DNA of 64,000 nucleotides, taken from the NCBI GenBank assembly GCA_046563655.1, contig CM102285.1, positions 7,006,001 through 7,070,000 of the forward strand, in the 5' to 3' direction. The notes beneath the pieces were generated by a model. The model saw only the letters and a program-made list of their open reading frames with translations, was not told the origin of the DNA and did not search any database. The DNA is from Yuukianura sp. NJ FZ-2021. Taxonomy: Eukaryota. The translations under genes were made by a program, and so were the position numbers. Below, in pieces: positions 11,391-23,592 of the stretch. Each line of letters starts with the position of its first letter. Position 1 is the first letter of the stretch.

Positions 11391-11607
11391 AACTAGACGG
11401 AACCCGTGATGTTCACACATCACGAAATTTACTTGAAGCACTAGGTCATCGTTGGGTCAAACGAAAGAGCTATTCGATTTTTCACATGGAGCAAGAGGAT
11501 TTTTAACATTTTGTCAAAAATCTCCTAGCTCTTTCGTTTGACCCAACGATGACCTAGTGCTTCAAGTAAATTTCGTGATGTGTGAACATCACGGGTTCCC
11601 TCTAGTT
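11391..11607. mobile_element. Palindromic MITE-like element
   Basis: ~80-bp near-perfect inverted arms (aactagacggaacccgtgatg... / ...catcacgggttccctctagtt) with a ~45-bp spacer. Confidence 0.75.
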
Positions 11608-14600
11608 GAATTAAAAACATATTGTGGAGGTCTGGGGGGGGGGCTCCCCTCCCCATGAATTTGAGTTGAGATAGAATTTTTGGAATCCTGTGCTTGGAGA
11701 ATTAATGTAAAAGGGACACCCCCAGAATCGTTCCACTCTTCCACACAGAGAGTTTTTTCTACCTACAGTTTGCATGGCCATGTTATTAGCATTGTGACAG
11801 AGCAAGCTTCACTCAATTAGAGTATGATTTTCAGCAGCAGGAAGAAGGGGCTTAAAGAGAGGCTGGGGTGTACCGGAGGCCATGAGATTAAAGGCACGCG
11901 CGAGACCAAGTCATCTTTCACTTTCTGATGTCATAATTCAAAATTCTAGGAAGGTTGAAGCAACAACTCAAAAAACTCTTTAAATCCACTGATATTTTCA
12001 TTCCCATGAGGTAAATGAGCAGCACACCAAAAATTACAAGCAAAGAAACAAGCATTTTGGAGATTTGACTTTTTTTCCATTTGAAAATTGTGTTTTATTT
12101 GCTGTCTTCTCTTTATTCCACTAAAGTTTTAGAATTTTGACAGTATTTTATTTTAGACATAAAATTTAATTTATGTGACAAGGAAGTACTACTCTCAGAA
12201 CCTTAAGAAGACTCTGAAACTAGACCCAGAACATGTCTTTTTTAAAATTATACACTCAATAAGTGAAAGTGACTTTCCATTCTGTGACAATAAACAGTGT
12301 CTTGTAGCAATTTTTACCAAGTTTCGCATAGGGAAATTTCCAATTGACTTGCAGAAATTAAACTCAAAGAAATGGGAGAGACTCAAAATGACCTTTTACC
12401 TTTCAACTTTAAGTCAAACTGATGGAAACTTTGGATTACTGTACTTTTTTCGTTTGACATTGCTCAAAGAATGTGTCTGTGTAATAATGGACGGTGTCCT
12501 TACTGCCAGACTTTCGTATATTGCTGAGTATATAAAAATGTGCTCGGAGGAACAAAATCCCTCACTTTGCCTAAAGTCCTTCGCAGCTTTACTTAATCTT
12601 AATTTACAACATATCCAGAGTCACGCGTAGCGTTCAAAAGTGGATCTGAAAAAGATGCAGCAGGATAGGAGGCTTTCACTTTCTACATTCTTTGCTGATA
12701 AACCATTTTCCGAAGTTCCATTTTTATGTCGTTTCGAGACAGAAGGGAATCTTCCAAAGAATAAGCCACAGTACAGCTCAATTTTTATAGGTACAGATTT
12801 TGCTGTTGACTATTCCTAGAAATCGCCAAATTTAGGCCTATCCGTCTCTCCGAACTCAAAATTTTACTACCTCATATTTTGTCATGAAATGTAAGCGCAG
12901 AACAATCGGTATTCAAAAAGCTCGATTCCTAAAATAAAAATCTGAAACTTTCTTAATTTAAATAGGGACCAGAATGAAGGTATTAGTGGATAGACCAGCT
13001 TTTCAAACATGAAACCTAGAAATTCTACACACAGCAAAATATAATTTTAAAAATGTGAAGTTGTAGTTTACAATGTGAAGCAAAGTGAAAGTGTTTTATG
13101 CTCTCTAACTTAACCAAATAACGTGTTTAGGTTTAATCGTTGAAATTTAATGTAGTGTTTATTGCCTTTTCCAGTTTAAATTAATGCCAACCTAGTCCCA
13201 AATTAGGCTAATTTTCAATTTTATTTAACCTGACCAATTGTAGCCTTGCAGTCCTAAATTAAACGTTCAGAAGGGAGGGAAAGAAGCCTTGGGAGTTACA
13301 CTGAATCAAAGTCTTTGTTTCTCTGTTTCCATTGTTCCATTGGCCCATTCATTCCTCTCACTTTCACGTTACACAAAAGCACTCTATGGACCTCCTACGG
13401 AGACAGAGAAAGAGAAAGTGCCTGACTTGGCACAATGAGAGTATCAAACATAATAGAGATTTCCTCTCTGGAATCTCAATGGACCCCATTATATTTCATC
13501 TGGGCAATGACTTTGTGAATTAACTAATTCACAGCATAACCTGTACTAAATTTCAACACTAACCTTCAACCATCCATCCAATGAAGATGCTTGGAAAACT
13601 TTAAATGTTGGAAGAACATATTCAATAGATTTAGGCGTGCGTTAGCCTAGAAGTTGTGATTGTGATGCTCTGGATTGGTTGGGTTGCGTGCGCATCATAG
13701 TTATACGTTAGCCTGTAGCGCTTTGTATCCGAAATAGTTACATTGCGCAAGTTAGTCACCTTGAAACTTCTCAATTGGAAAGCTGTATTTGCTCAGCGAA
13801 ATTTTCCTTCCTTGTCGTTCGCTGAGTAGAATCAATTGTTAGGATTTCGTTGGGCAGAACTGGACCAGATTTCCATTTGATTTGAACTTCGTCTTTTTCT
13901 AAAAATTCTTTCCTTGAACATTTAAAAGTAAAAGCAGTATTACATTTTAAAACCAGAATTTAAAAACCCTTAGAAAACTTTTTCTCGCTTTTTCCCTACC
14001 TTCCTTGCCTGAAGCTCAATTTACCTAACTTCACTTCACTGTATCGCTTACTTACACATCCGATATTGCCTATTGCGCAACTCCACTCTGTTTATCTAAC
14101 AAAATCTGTTTGTTGTTCAAAAAATAAACTGAAAAAAAACAGAGTTGCGTGTTTCATTAAAAAAGAAGCGAAAGTAGGTTTCCATTTTTTGAAAAATGTA
14201 AAGAATGGTGCACCGGAAGTGAGCTGGAGATCGTGCCAGAAGAAGCATTGAATCCTTGACATGTTCGCGTACCTTTAGATTAGACTTTCAATAAGTCAGG
14301 GCTGAAAGTCTTTGCCTTTTCCTGGAATCAGCGAAGGGAGTAGTGAAAGCAGGAGGAAGAAATAAAATTCCCGCCTGTCAAGAATTTACAGTAAATTGAG
14401 AAGCTTTGGAACACAAGACACTCATTAGACTTTCCTTAGCAGTAGAAATGTTTTCACTTCTCCCTCGTTCCCTTTTTGTCTTTTTTTTCCACTATGCTTT
14501 TCATTCGCCTTCGTCAACTGTAAATCCTAGGCTATGACAGGCTAAAGTCAAATAAAAAACCATCCGATGAAGAATTGACAGGTGGGTACAGAGGATGCAA

Positions 14601-14711
14601 TTCTGGTTTACTTCAGCCGAATTTTCGTCTTTTCATTTTTGCTCAAAGTTGAGAAGAGAGGAAAAATCTGTGTTTGGAGAAATGTGTATGAACTCCTACC
14701 GTGGTCCTTTC

Positions 14712-15890
14712 TATGGAGGGGGAATAACGACTTTCACTATTAATTATTTTTATGTTATAATTAAAAAAATTTTCCTTAAAATAAAAAAAAAAGTTTACAA
14801 AAAGAAAAAAAAAGTTTTGAAAAAAAATTTTTTTTTGTATTTAAAAAAAATAATTTTTGTACTTAAATGTATTTTTCTAAATTAGAAATATTTTTCTATA
14901 TCTAAAAAAAGTTTTTCAAAAAAATATTTTGCTTAGGTATAAAGTTTATTTTCGCTTAAAAAAACTTTATTTTTGACGGAAGAAATATAAATGTGGAGCA
15001 CTGTGAGAAAACTTTTTTTTTTAAAAAAAGAAAAAATTTTTCTTTGGGATTGTGTCGTCATAAGCCAGGATTCGGTGGCCAGTTGTGTTCTCCCAATTGC
15101 TTACCACGCGAGTCCACTGTTGTCGGTTTTGAAATTCAGAGAGGGCGAGGGCAAGGCAGTTTTGTCTCGTGCCTTGGGAGCGGGGGGTGGGTGGTCCAAA
15201 TGCTCGGTGGACAATAGACTTGCATAGAGCATAGGTAGCGCTAGTCTGGCGGAAAGAAGGAGAAACACACGATATCAGCAATAAAAGGGGCCAGAATTGA
15301 TAACGCTGGAAAGAAAAACATGTTTCTCATTCTTTCCGCCAGACTAGCGCTACCGACATTCTATGAAAGTCTATTGTCCACCGAGCATTTGGACCACCCA
15401 CCGCTGCTCCCAGGCACGAGAAAAAATGCCTTGTCAATGGCGGTGTGGTCCTCTCTGAATATCAAAACCGGCAACAGTGGAGTGGCGTGGTATGCAATTG
15501 GGAGAACACAAGTGACCACCGAATCCTGGCTTATGACGTCACAATCCTGAGCTCAGGATTTCTCCACATTTTTATTTTTTTGTTGCAAAAGGTTTTCTTT
15601 ACAGTGCTCCACATTTATATTTTTTCGGCCAAAAACAAAATTTTTTTCTATACGAAAAAAAAAACTTTACAACTAAAAATATTTCTTTTAAACTTTTTTT
15701 TAAGTTTATAAAAAATTTTTCTAATTTAGAAAAATACTTTTAAGTACAAAAATTATTTTTTTAAATACAAAAAAAAAAATTTTCAAAAACTTTTTTTTCT
15801 TTTTGTAAACTTTTTTTTTATTTTAAGGAAAAAATATTTAATTATAAGATAAAAATAATTTATAGTGAAAGTCGTTATTGCCCCTCCATA
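14712..15890. mobile_element. Foldback element with TATGGAGGG termini and 5-bp TSD
   Basis: ~550-bp diverged inverted arms; termini tatggagggg / cccctccata; ctttc repeated directly at 14707-14711 and 15891-15895. Confidence 0.85.
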
Positions 15891-16973
15891 CTTTCCATTT
15901 CTCCAAGCACAGCAAAAAATAAGAATAGTTTCACCATGCGACGACGCCCTTTGCATCGGAAGAGGACAAACAGATGTATGCACGGTGTTCCATTATGAAG
16001 TAGATAGTATAGATATTCTGTAGTATTCTGTATAATTTGGGCTAACATGCCCATCCAAACTAACAATTTAAACTTTGCGGAAAGTGGCTGGAAAACAACG
16101 CACAATTCTCATTCTCATTTGAAGTCGTAGTATTTTTCGTTTTTCTGAGGAAGATAAAACGGGCTTTTACGTGAGTGCGTCTTTTCAAACTAATGTGAGA
16201 ACAACAGAAAGCAATCAATCTCCATTCCACCTTTAAAATTCTTAAGCATACGCCTGCTTTCTTCTTGTACCTTTTGTTGCAAAAGTAATCATTATAAAAT
16301 TAACCTACTACATGTGTTGAAAATTGTTGGCCTAACCTAACCTAAGAAAATGCTTTTTAGGGCAATACTGGAAATTGAAAAAAAGAAGAATGGAAGGCAC
16401 ATGAACATAAAATGGAATGTTAAACATTTGCAGTGTATTTGAAATTAGTTTTCTCGAACGGAAGGAAGAAAATTGATTTACAGCGTTGTGGTTTGAAATG
16501 CAGGGGAATCAAAGGAATAAATTGGGATGTGGCTCAAGACCTGATTGAGAGAATTCAAGCCAACCAAAAACCAAAAGAAGACAAGCGAAAGTCGCCTAGT
16601 CTTCTCCGCTGTATAAAACTTTGACCATAGCTAGAATTACTACATATAGAGTACATGGAAATTAACAACAACATACATCTTATAAACATATTATACCGAC
16701 ATCTGTATTATTACCATACATGTTGCGTATATTGCTAATGGGAGAATTTTTGTACACTATACCTAGTTTTCCGGTTAAAGATAGCCGGTTGTCGCGGCTC
16801 CAGCCTATGTATATGCTCAAGTTCATGCTGGAGGGCAACGTAAAGTTGCGCTCATGCGTGTTCGTCGCCCGCCACTGCGAGGAGTGTCGAGGTGACAGGA
16901 ACGAGAGTAGCGGAATGGTCGACAAAGGACAGTTTCGATTATTGAGGTGAACTGGGCCCACTAAAATCTGAAG

Positions 16974-17068
16974 AAGGACTACTTACAACATAACAAAATT
17001 TTTACGGTTGATCAACCATAGGCTTACCAGGTAAGGGCCAAAATTTCGTGATGCTGTAAGTAGTCCTT
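16974..17068. repeat. Short inverted repeat (MITE remnant)
   Basis: aaggactacttacaacataacaaaatttt / aaaatttcgtgatgctgtaagtagtcctt. Confidence 0.6.
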
Positions 17069-17477
17069 GCATTTCAAATTGCTCCAACGAAACTTTCTCT
17101 AAAAATCCTGAAGACATGCCTTAGCAACAGTTGTCGCTTGACCAAAATGGGCTACAACTTGTGTCTTTGTTTACAGTTTTTTGAATTTGTAACTTGAAAA
17201 ATCAAAATTTTTGTTTTTGGAGTTGTGCAAAACAAGAATGCTTTGCATTCTTCCCAGGGCGTCGCCCAGTTTGTTCTTTGTATTGCAAAAAGGCATGCTT
17301 TCTTTCGCTTCTGCAAAGAAATCTACCACGAATGTTAGATAACGAATAAACATATTATAAATATATATTAAGTTGCATTTTAGATTTGGATATCCGCCAG
17401 TTGTAGTAAAATTCTTTATTGAAAAAGATCCTAGCTTTCGGACAGAAACTTTGTCCTTCTTCAGGGAAAACACTTAA

Positions 17478-18043
17478 GGCATCTCCACACTACCAATGTT
17501 CTTGGCAGCAATATCGGTGCACATCAAAATCGGCAGAAAGATTGGTGGTGTGGGATACAAATTCTCACGCCACCAATATCGGTGCCCGCCTTGCACTGAT
17601 ATTGCTGCTGCACTTTTCTAGGTTCGAAAATCAAATCTAAAACAGTGCAGCAGAATTATTGCCGGACCGGGATTGGAGGAGCCATTGAGAGTAGGAGTGG
17701 CTTCTTGTCTTTTGAATTACTTCATTATTGTTTATGAATTACTTAATAATTAATTACTTACTTAATTTTTAACTAAACTTATTAACTTGATTAATTAATT
17801 AACCTAAGTTATTCATGAATAACTGCCTGAATAAAAAGTGAGTTGTGTGACACAACTAGTGTCAGGATCAGAATATAAACAAAAGAGCTTTAAAACAGCA
17901 GATTCCCGCTCTTCAATTTACCAGAAAATTGGCAGTGCTTAAAATTGGTAGTGGGAACACGTTTCCGATATCGACGACGCCCGAATCGGACAATGAATCT
18001 GGCCTTGCAATTGCTCCTAGATAATTGGTAGTGTGGAGACGAC
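17478..18043. mobile_element. TIR MITE flanked by TTAA (PIF/Harbinger- or Kolobok-like)
   Basis: ggcatctccacactaccaat / attggtagtgtggagacgac, with TTAA on both sides. Confidence 0.72.
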
Positions 18044-19189
18044 TTAAAAGAAACACTAAAACACTAGTAATGCGATAGACACTGACACCAGACGCCGATA
18101 GACCCTGGAAAAGAAATGGTCAAGTGGCTACCTGCACAATAACGGGTATTGTAAATCTCTATTTTACACACGTTGGAACTTACAGCCTAAATTAGGTCGG
18201 AACTTGCATCCAAAATGTTTTGTTCACATTATGGTTGCGATCTTTCGTCCAAACTTTTGAACTGGATTGATGAATAGTACTTTGGCATCTAAAAACGACG
18301 AGAAGATATTCAAAAGCTCGCCACCACTTGTGTTTCGATTACGGTTTTCATCAACCCTTGGTCATCCTCATCATTGGACAGTGTAGGAACTGGAAATCCA
18401 ATTTACCTTTTGGTGTAGCTTAATTGACGATTTTCAAACCGAGTAAAACTAACCGTTGGCAAACCGCATGATAAAGACCGACCTGACAGGCACAACAGAC
18501 AATGAGTAGTTTGGTTTCAGTTTTTTTTTTGAAAGTACGCTAAATGTTTTCTCAAGGTATAACATCAAGTTGACGGTGCAAAAGCACAAATTTGCAAAAT
18601 TATGATTATTGCAGCCAAGAAAATAAACATGAATTCTGAAATACTTTGGATAATCATTGTGCCTTAATTAAGGGGAATTCCGCATGAAAATGTCGAAGAC
18701 CAAGTCTTCAAGAACGCTAATAATCATTGGGCTTTTCATTAAAGGGTGAGGCATTTCTGGCAAAAAAAAATCAATCGGTACCTTATTTTTCGGGTGAAAA
18801 TGTCACTGATACGTTAGTTGGTATACAAAATTTATTTGATACTCTGAGAAGCAAAAATGACAAAAACAACCATAGTGCAACTGTAGCAAACTTTTAATAA
18901 AGGATCCAGTCAAATCTCTCTGAGAATTTGTTAAATATACTTTTTATTTCTACCGTATTAGAATAAATTGTATAGAGTAACCGCTGCTTTGAATTACTGA
19001 TTCGACTATTACTTCTACCCGCTACCAGCAGATTCGCAGTTATGCCTGGCAATTAGGAAAAGTCTTATGCAAATTATAATATAATTAGGGATTATAGAAT
19101 ATAATTAGTGAAACTACATACTCGGACTGTAAAATAAAAGCGGCATATAAAGCGGTATATGTTTGTGCAGGAAAGCGACGTTAACGAAA

Positions 19190-20700
19190 ATGCTTTCAAA
19201 AAACGAATTTGGCCACTGCCAGACAATCTTAAAATTCTTTTCAAAGGTTAAGGTGTGTGAATTTAGTTCCAAAAGCAATTTGTTGTGTCGAAACGAGTCA
19301 ACGTTGAAGAGATTTTGGAATGCTTTCGCTGTTGTGGCTTACGCCTTACAATTGTGGCAACTGTTTTATGCAATCCAGCGAAAATCTGCTGTTGAAAATT
19401 ATTTTCATAGAATTTTTCAATGTGGAACCTTTTCGTATATTGTAGGAAGATTGGCAGTCTGGGCTACTCTTCGTGTGTATGAAAGAGAGACGGTGCAGCT
19501 ATTCAATATGGTGTTGCTGATGCAGAAGGAAGGTGATTACCATGTTTTATAAACGTATTACAAGTGATTCGGTTTAATAGGTAATCAGGAGGTTAGGATG
19601 AGGCCGTGTTTGCATATAATTTTCATGGGTATGCACAAAATCCTTCTCATTTTTCACTTAAACAAAAGAGTGCAAAGTTCGCAAAATTTTTTGTTTGAAT
19701 AGCAAGAAATTTGGAATAAAAAATAAATAATTCTTTTTCCGTATGACTTACATTAAATGTAACAGTTGTGAGTTATAATATATTTTATTTTGAACTTGGG
19801 GCTAAATGTTTTGAGTAATTTCTATGAGAATATACTTTAATTTCCAGGGCTACGCTATTTTGGAACAGAATACTCTGCTGACACAAATATTACGAGTAGG
19901 GCTTCGCTGTGCCTCAAGTCCATTTTGTATTTCATCTACATAGCTCATTTCATGTTACAATTTTCCATTAGAAATGAAGTGTCGACTCTGTTTCTGGACG
20001 TCAAGGAGTGTCTGGGGTTGGGCTACATCAGTAGCACTCTTCTGTTCTTGACAGTACATGGAGCTTTACATATCGACTTGGCCATCCATATACATTTCTA
20101 TATCTGTCTAATATACATGGTCCAACTTTGTCTTTACTTTTGGACTAAAGCTTCTTGGTAAGACAAAAGCATGAATTATAAGCTTGTAAGAATATGCTGT
20201 TACAAAATATTTGTTTCAGCGTCACTTGGCCGATGGAGGGAAAGAATTGCGCTGGCGTTCAAAAAATGTTGCATGTTTATAGTCAAGTCAGAATTTTAAA
20301 CTACATGAGCAATACAGTGATTGGAAAAATTGGTGGATTAATTTGGAAGATTGCTAGTATATTATCAGTGTCAATTGCTCTATACATTCTTATTCGGCTG
20401 AACGTCAAAATCAAAGACATAGGCTTATTGATCACTCTGTTCATATTACTAACCGGTGGTACATTTGCGTCATTTGTTATCTGTTGGATTATGGCCAAAT
20501 TGTACAAAGTCTCGTCCGCCTTGAAGTGGAACTTCTTGCCTAATACGGAGCTTTCAAACAATAAACTGAATAGAAAGCTGATTTCGGGGCTCCCCGTAGT
20601 TCGTTGTAGTTTCGGCGGTGCCTACTACATAGAGGATAGAGCAAGACTTAGGCTATTGGACACGATCATTCAAATTGTGGTCTTCTTGTTGTTGGCTTAA
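19190..20700 (+). CDS. Putative arthropod chemoreceptor (gustatory-receptor-like multi-pass protein), 377 aa
   Basis: Exons 19190-19532, 19848-20157, 20220-20700, all GT-AG, 1134 nt in frame. Several hydrophobic segments and a C-terminal LPVVRCSFGGAYYIE..LLDTIIQIVVFLLL resembling the GR/OR TM7 region. Confidence 0.75.
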
Positions 20701-21058
20701 AACAAAATTTCGAGCTCCATTCAGAAACATGGTATCAAAAGTTGAAAACATTTGTAGCTCAAAGTGATTGGTAGCTTTGTAGTGGTACACTGCATTATGT
20801 GAAACCTTGTTGTAAAGAATTTGTTTTTAAAGTCGTAGTCGACACAAGTGCTCTCTTAACATAAAATATTGTTAATATATAACATATTGTCCTAAAAATA
20901 CATCGGTTTTCAATGAGGGAAAATCGGACTCTGGAGCTTTTCGATCTAGAGTTTCCTAATCCTAAATGAAAACCCATTAAGAACGGAATCAGAAAGGGAG
21001 CGCAACGGAAAAGAAACCTTAGTGGATGCAACTTTTAGTGGGTGGTAAAAATTAATTA

Positions 21059-21293
21059 CAGGGTGTGGCACGTAAAAGTATACACTTCAACAATAAACAA
21101 TTTGTTTATTTTGCGGAATTTGACTTGGTATGTTCGAAAAATTGACGTTTTATGAATGTAATATCATGGTTTATATCAAGGAATGCAAAAATTGAAGGTC
21201 TAACTCCCAATTTTCGACGGGAAAGTCGGTTATCCAGGTCTTGTAACCAATAGCAACTAATTATAAGTGTATACTTTTATGTGCCACACCCTG
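21059..21293. mobile_element. Tc1/mariner-type MITE
   Basis: 29-bp TIR cagggtgtggcac(g/a)taaaagtatacactt with one mismatch; TA TSD. Confidence 0.88.
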
Positions 21294-21549
21294 TATTTAG
21301 GCCGCGATGTAAGAAATAACCTTTAAAATTGCCAAATAACACCAAAACACTTTATTCCCATCGTTTTGTTGCAAAGAATTTATTGTATTCGGTATTATCA
21401 AACCCCTTGCACTTTCTAGTTATACAATTGGATTTTCCCCTTTTTTATCTCTGTTTATTCAAAACTAGTGACGAAGCTCCGCTCCTTCGGATTTATTTAT
21501 TGTGCACATTTTTTACACTGGGTATGCCCATTTTTACACTGGTTATACA

Positions 21550-21853
21550 ACCGTGGATATGTATATATTGGAATAAGATCTGTTTTGACGGACGGACGAA
21601 AACGGACAAAGCTCCGCCCCTTTGGAAATTCATTTCTTCTATTGGCTACCCGGCAGCGGACGAAATGTCGAAAAAATGGATATCCAGCATCACTTGTGTT
21701 AGTGAATCTACTTGTTGACGTTTCGTCCAGTGGATATTCATCGGATAATATATTTCATCCGGTTTCATCGGGAAGAAAAGAACTATTGCTACCAGATATT
21801 TCCGCGTATTTTGATATATGTGAAAGAAATATTTTATCCATCTAGTAGCACTG
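21550..21853. repeat. Degenerate relative of the hAT MITE family
   Basis: Repeated ggatatccag / tccagtggat motifs and a catctagtagcactg end resembling the right end at 11367-11381. No TSD found. Confidence 0.4.
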
Positions 21854-22169
21854 GTTTTAATAATTGTTGTTTAAAAGAGTTCAATTGTACAAATATCAGC
21901 CTATTGAATTTATTCTGGTTCAATTTTTCACCTTTTGTTAATTTTTGTTAATTAAAGAAGTTTTTCGGTATTTTATCCAGAATATCCAGCGTAAGAAATT
22001 GCACATTCAAAAGCGGATTTGCGAGTGCATTTTTAATTATTTTGAACTGTTTTAATAGATACAAAATATATGTAATGCCGTTTGTGCAGTCATTTTTTAG
22101 AACAAGGGATATCTAATAAGATTTCTCGTTCTTTAAATTTGTGCACACGGCCAAATAACCGCTACATTT

Positions 22170-23592
22170 TAGTCTTCTGGAGACGCATGTCTACGACATG
22201 CTGAAGAAAACTATTGATACGACTTTGTCCGTCACACTTTTTAGGATCCTTTGCACTGAAACATGAGTCCCATTTTGTACGGGGGGTACTGTATCGCTCG
22301 ATTATTTTTGTTAGGTCTACATTGTACTGAAAGTGTTATAATAACAACGGAGAAATGGGCGGCCACTTTACGTACGCGCAATATCGTGGCTACCCGGACA
22401 CGTTTTGGTTTCAATTGCACTCAAAATATTTTTAAACAACCAAGTTTTGACCTGGTCATTTTCTGGTAGTATGTTTAGTTGCGTTAGTCAACCACAACGA
22501 CAACCCGATCCGGAACTTACGTTGTAGACAGGAAGATGTATCATCCGAGATCCTTCATTCCCACGGTTTCAAGGTATATCATGGCCTTACCCACTGAGCA
22601 TCGGTCAATGCTGTCCAACGCATTTCCAACTAAAATACGTGCAACTTTATTCAAATTACTTCTCCAGTCTCAGCGAATCTCGGAATCTAAGATATTGGAA
22701 CAAATGGACGATGGCCTTGGACTGCTACTCCATATTTTTAACACATCTTAATAATTTTATAAATTTCAATCTCAAAATCAATTTCACAATTTAAAATTAT
22801 CTACCATTCGCAATATAAATTACTTTTCAACTTAAACCTTATGGTAATTACAAATGCTAGTAGCTGTAACAACTACTCAATTTACCAATCCACGGTGTAA
22901 TTAGCTGCAACGCAGGATGCCGGTGGTTAATAAATCAATCAATCAATCAACTTAAACCTGATTAGAGGGAAGAAATTCCGGCTTAAATTCTTAACATGTA
23001 AACAGTGCATGACAGGGGTCAAAATTGCGTTTACAAGAACTTTGTATAATTTTGATTTTAAACAAGTGATTTTCGACTCTATAACTTATGCACTTAATTT
23101 AACACATGGCGCATTTATTTGAACCGATTTAGACTTTTAAATAAGCTGTATTCGACCCCTGCCCCTCAACGTCCAATTTTGTGCACATTTTTAAGTAGAT
23201 GCACATACATGTCGAATTGCGCAGGTATTTTGACGCTGGGTAATGAACGTTGTTATTTCGAAATTTGTGCATACTGGAGAACAACTGCACATACATCTTT
23301 TAGAATGGTGATTACATCCGAATTACATTAGTCAAAACTGCAGAGCATAATGTTTACAACATTTTAATGCAAACGGTTTTTTAATATTTTCTGCTATTGC
23401 ACAATTTGATGCAACTTATGCACAAAGTAGGACCTCATATCCGCACTGAAAATTTTGAGCGATGTTTTGTAGGATAAAATACATGAAAACGGTTTTTCAT
23501 CGTTTTGTTACACGTTTTTGCGGCCTGCCGTATAAATTGTCAACTACCTCCAGAAGACCTATGCTCAACCCTTGAGCATCGCCCTACATTGT
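22170..23592 (+). mobile_element. Non-autonomous Helentron/DINE-1-like element, family B copy 1
   Basis: subTIRs gtcttctggag (22172-22182) / ctccagaagac (23548-23558), 3' hairpin atgctcaa-ccc-ttgagcat, T-run flanks. Reverse-complement homolog at 34678-35631. Confidence 0.8.
22488..22950 (+). mobile_element. 5'-truncated LINE 3' end (CR1/L2-like) inserted in HINE-B
   Basis: Absent from the 34678-35631 copy. ORF remnant RSFIPTVSRYIMALP, then AATAAA and an (ATCA)n tail at ~22928-22950. Confidence 0.6.

Noticed and set aside
16332..16345. TTAGG/CCTAA telomeric repeats (also ~40744, 54319, 62083, 63480)
   Set aside because: Only 2-3 units each; not a telomere or interstitial array.
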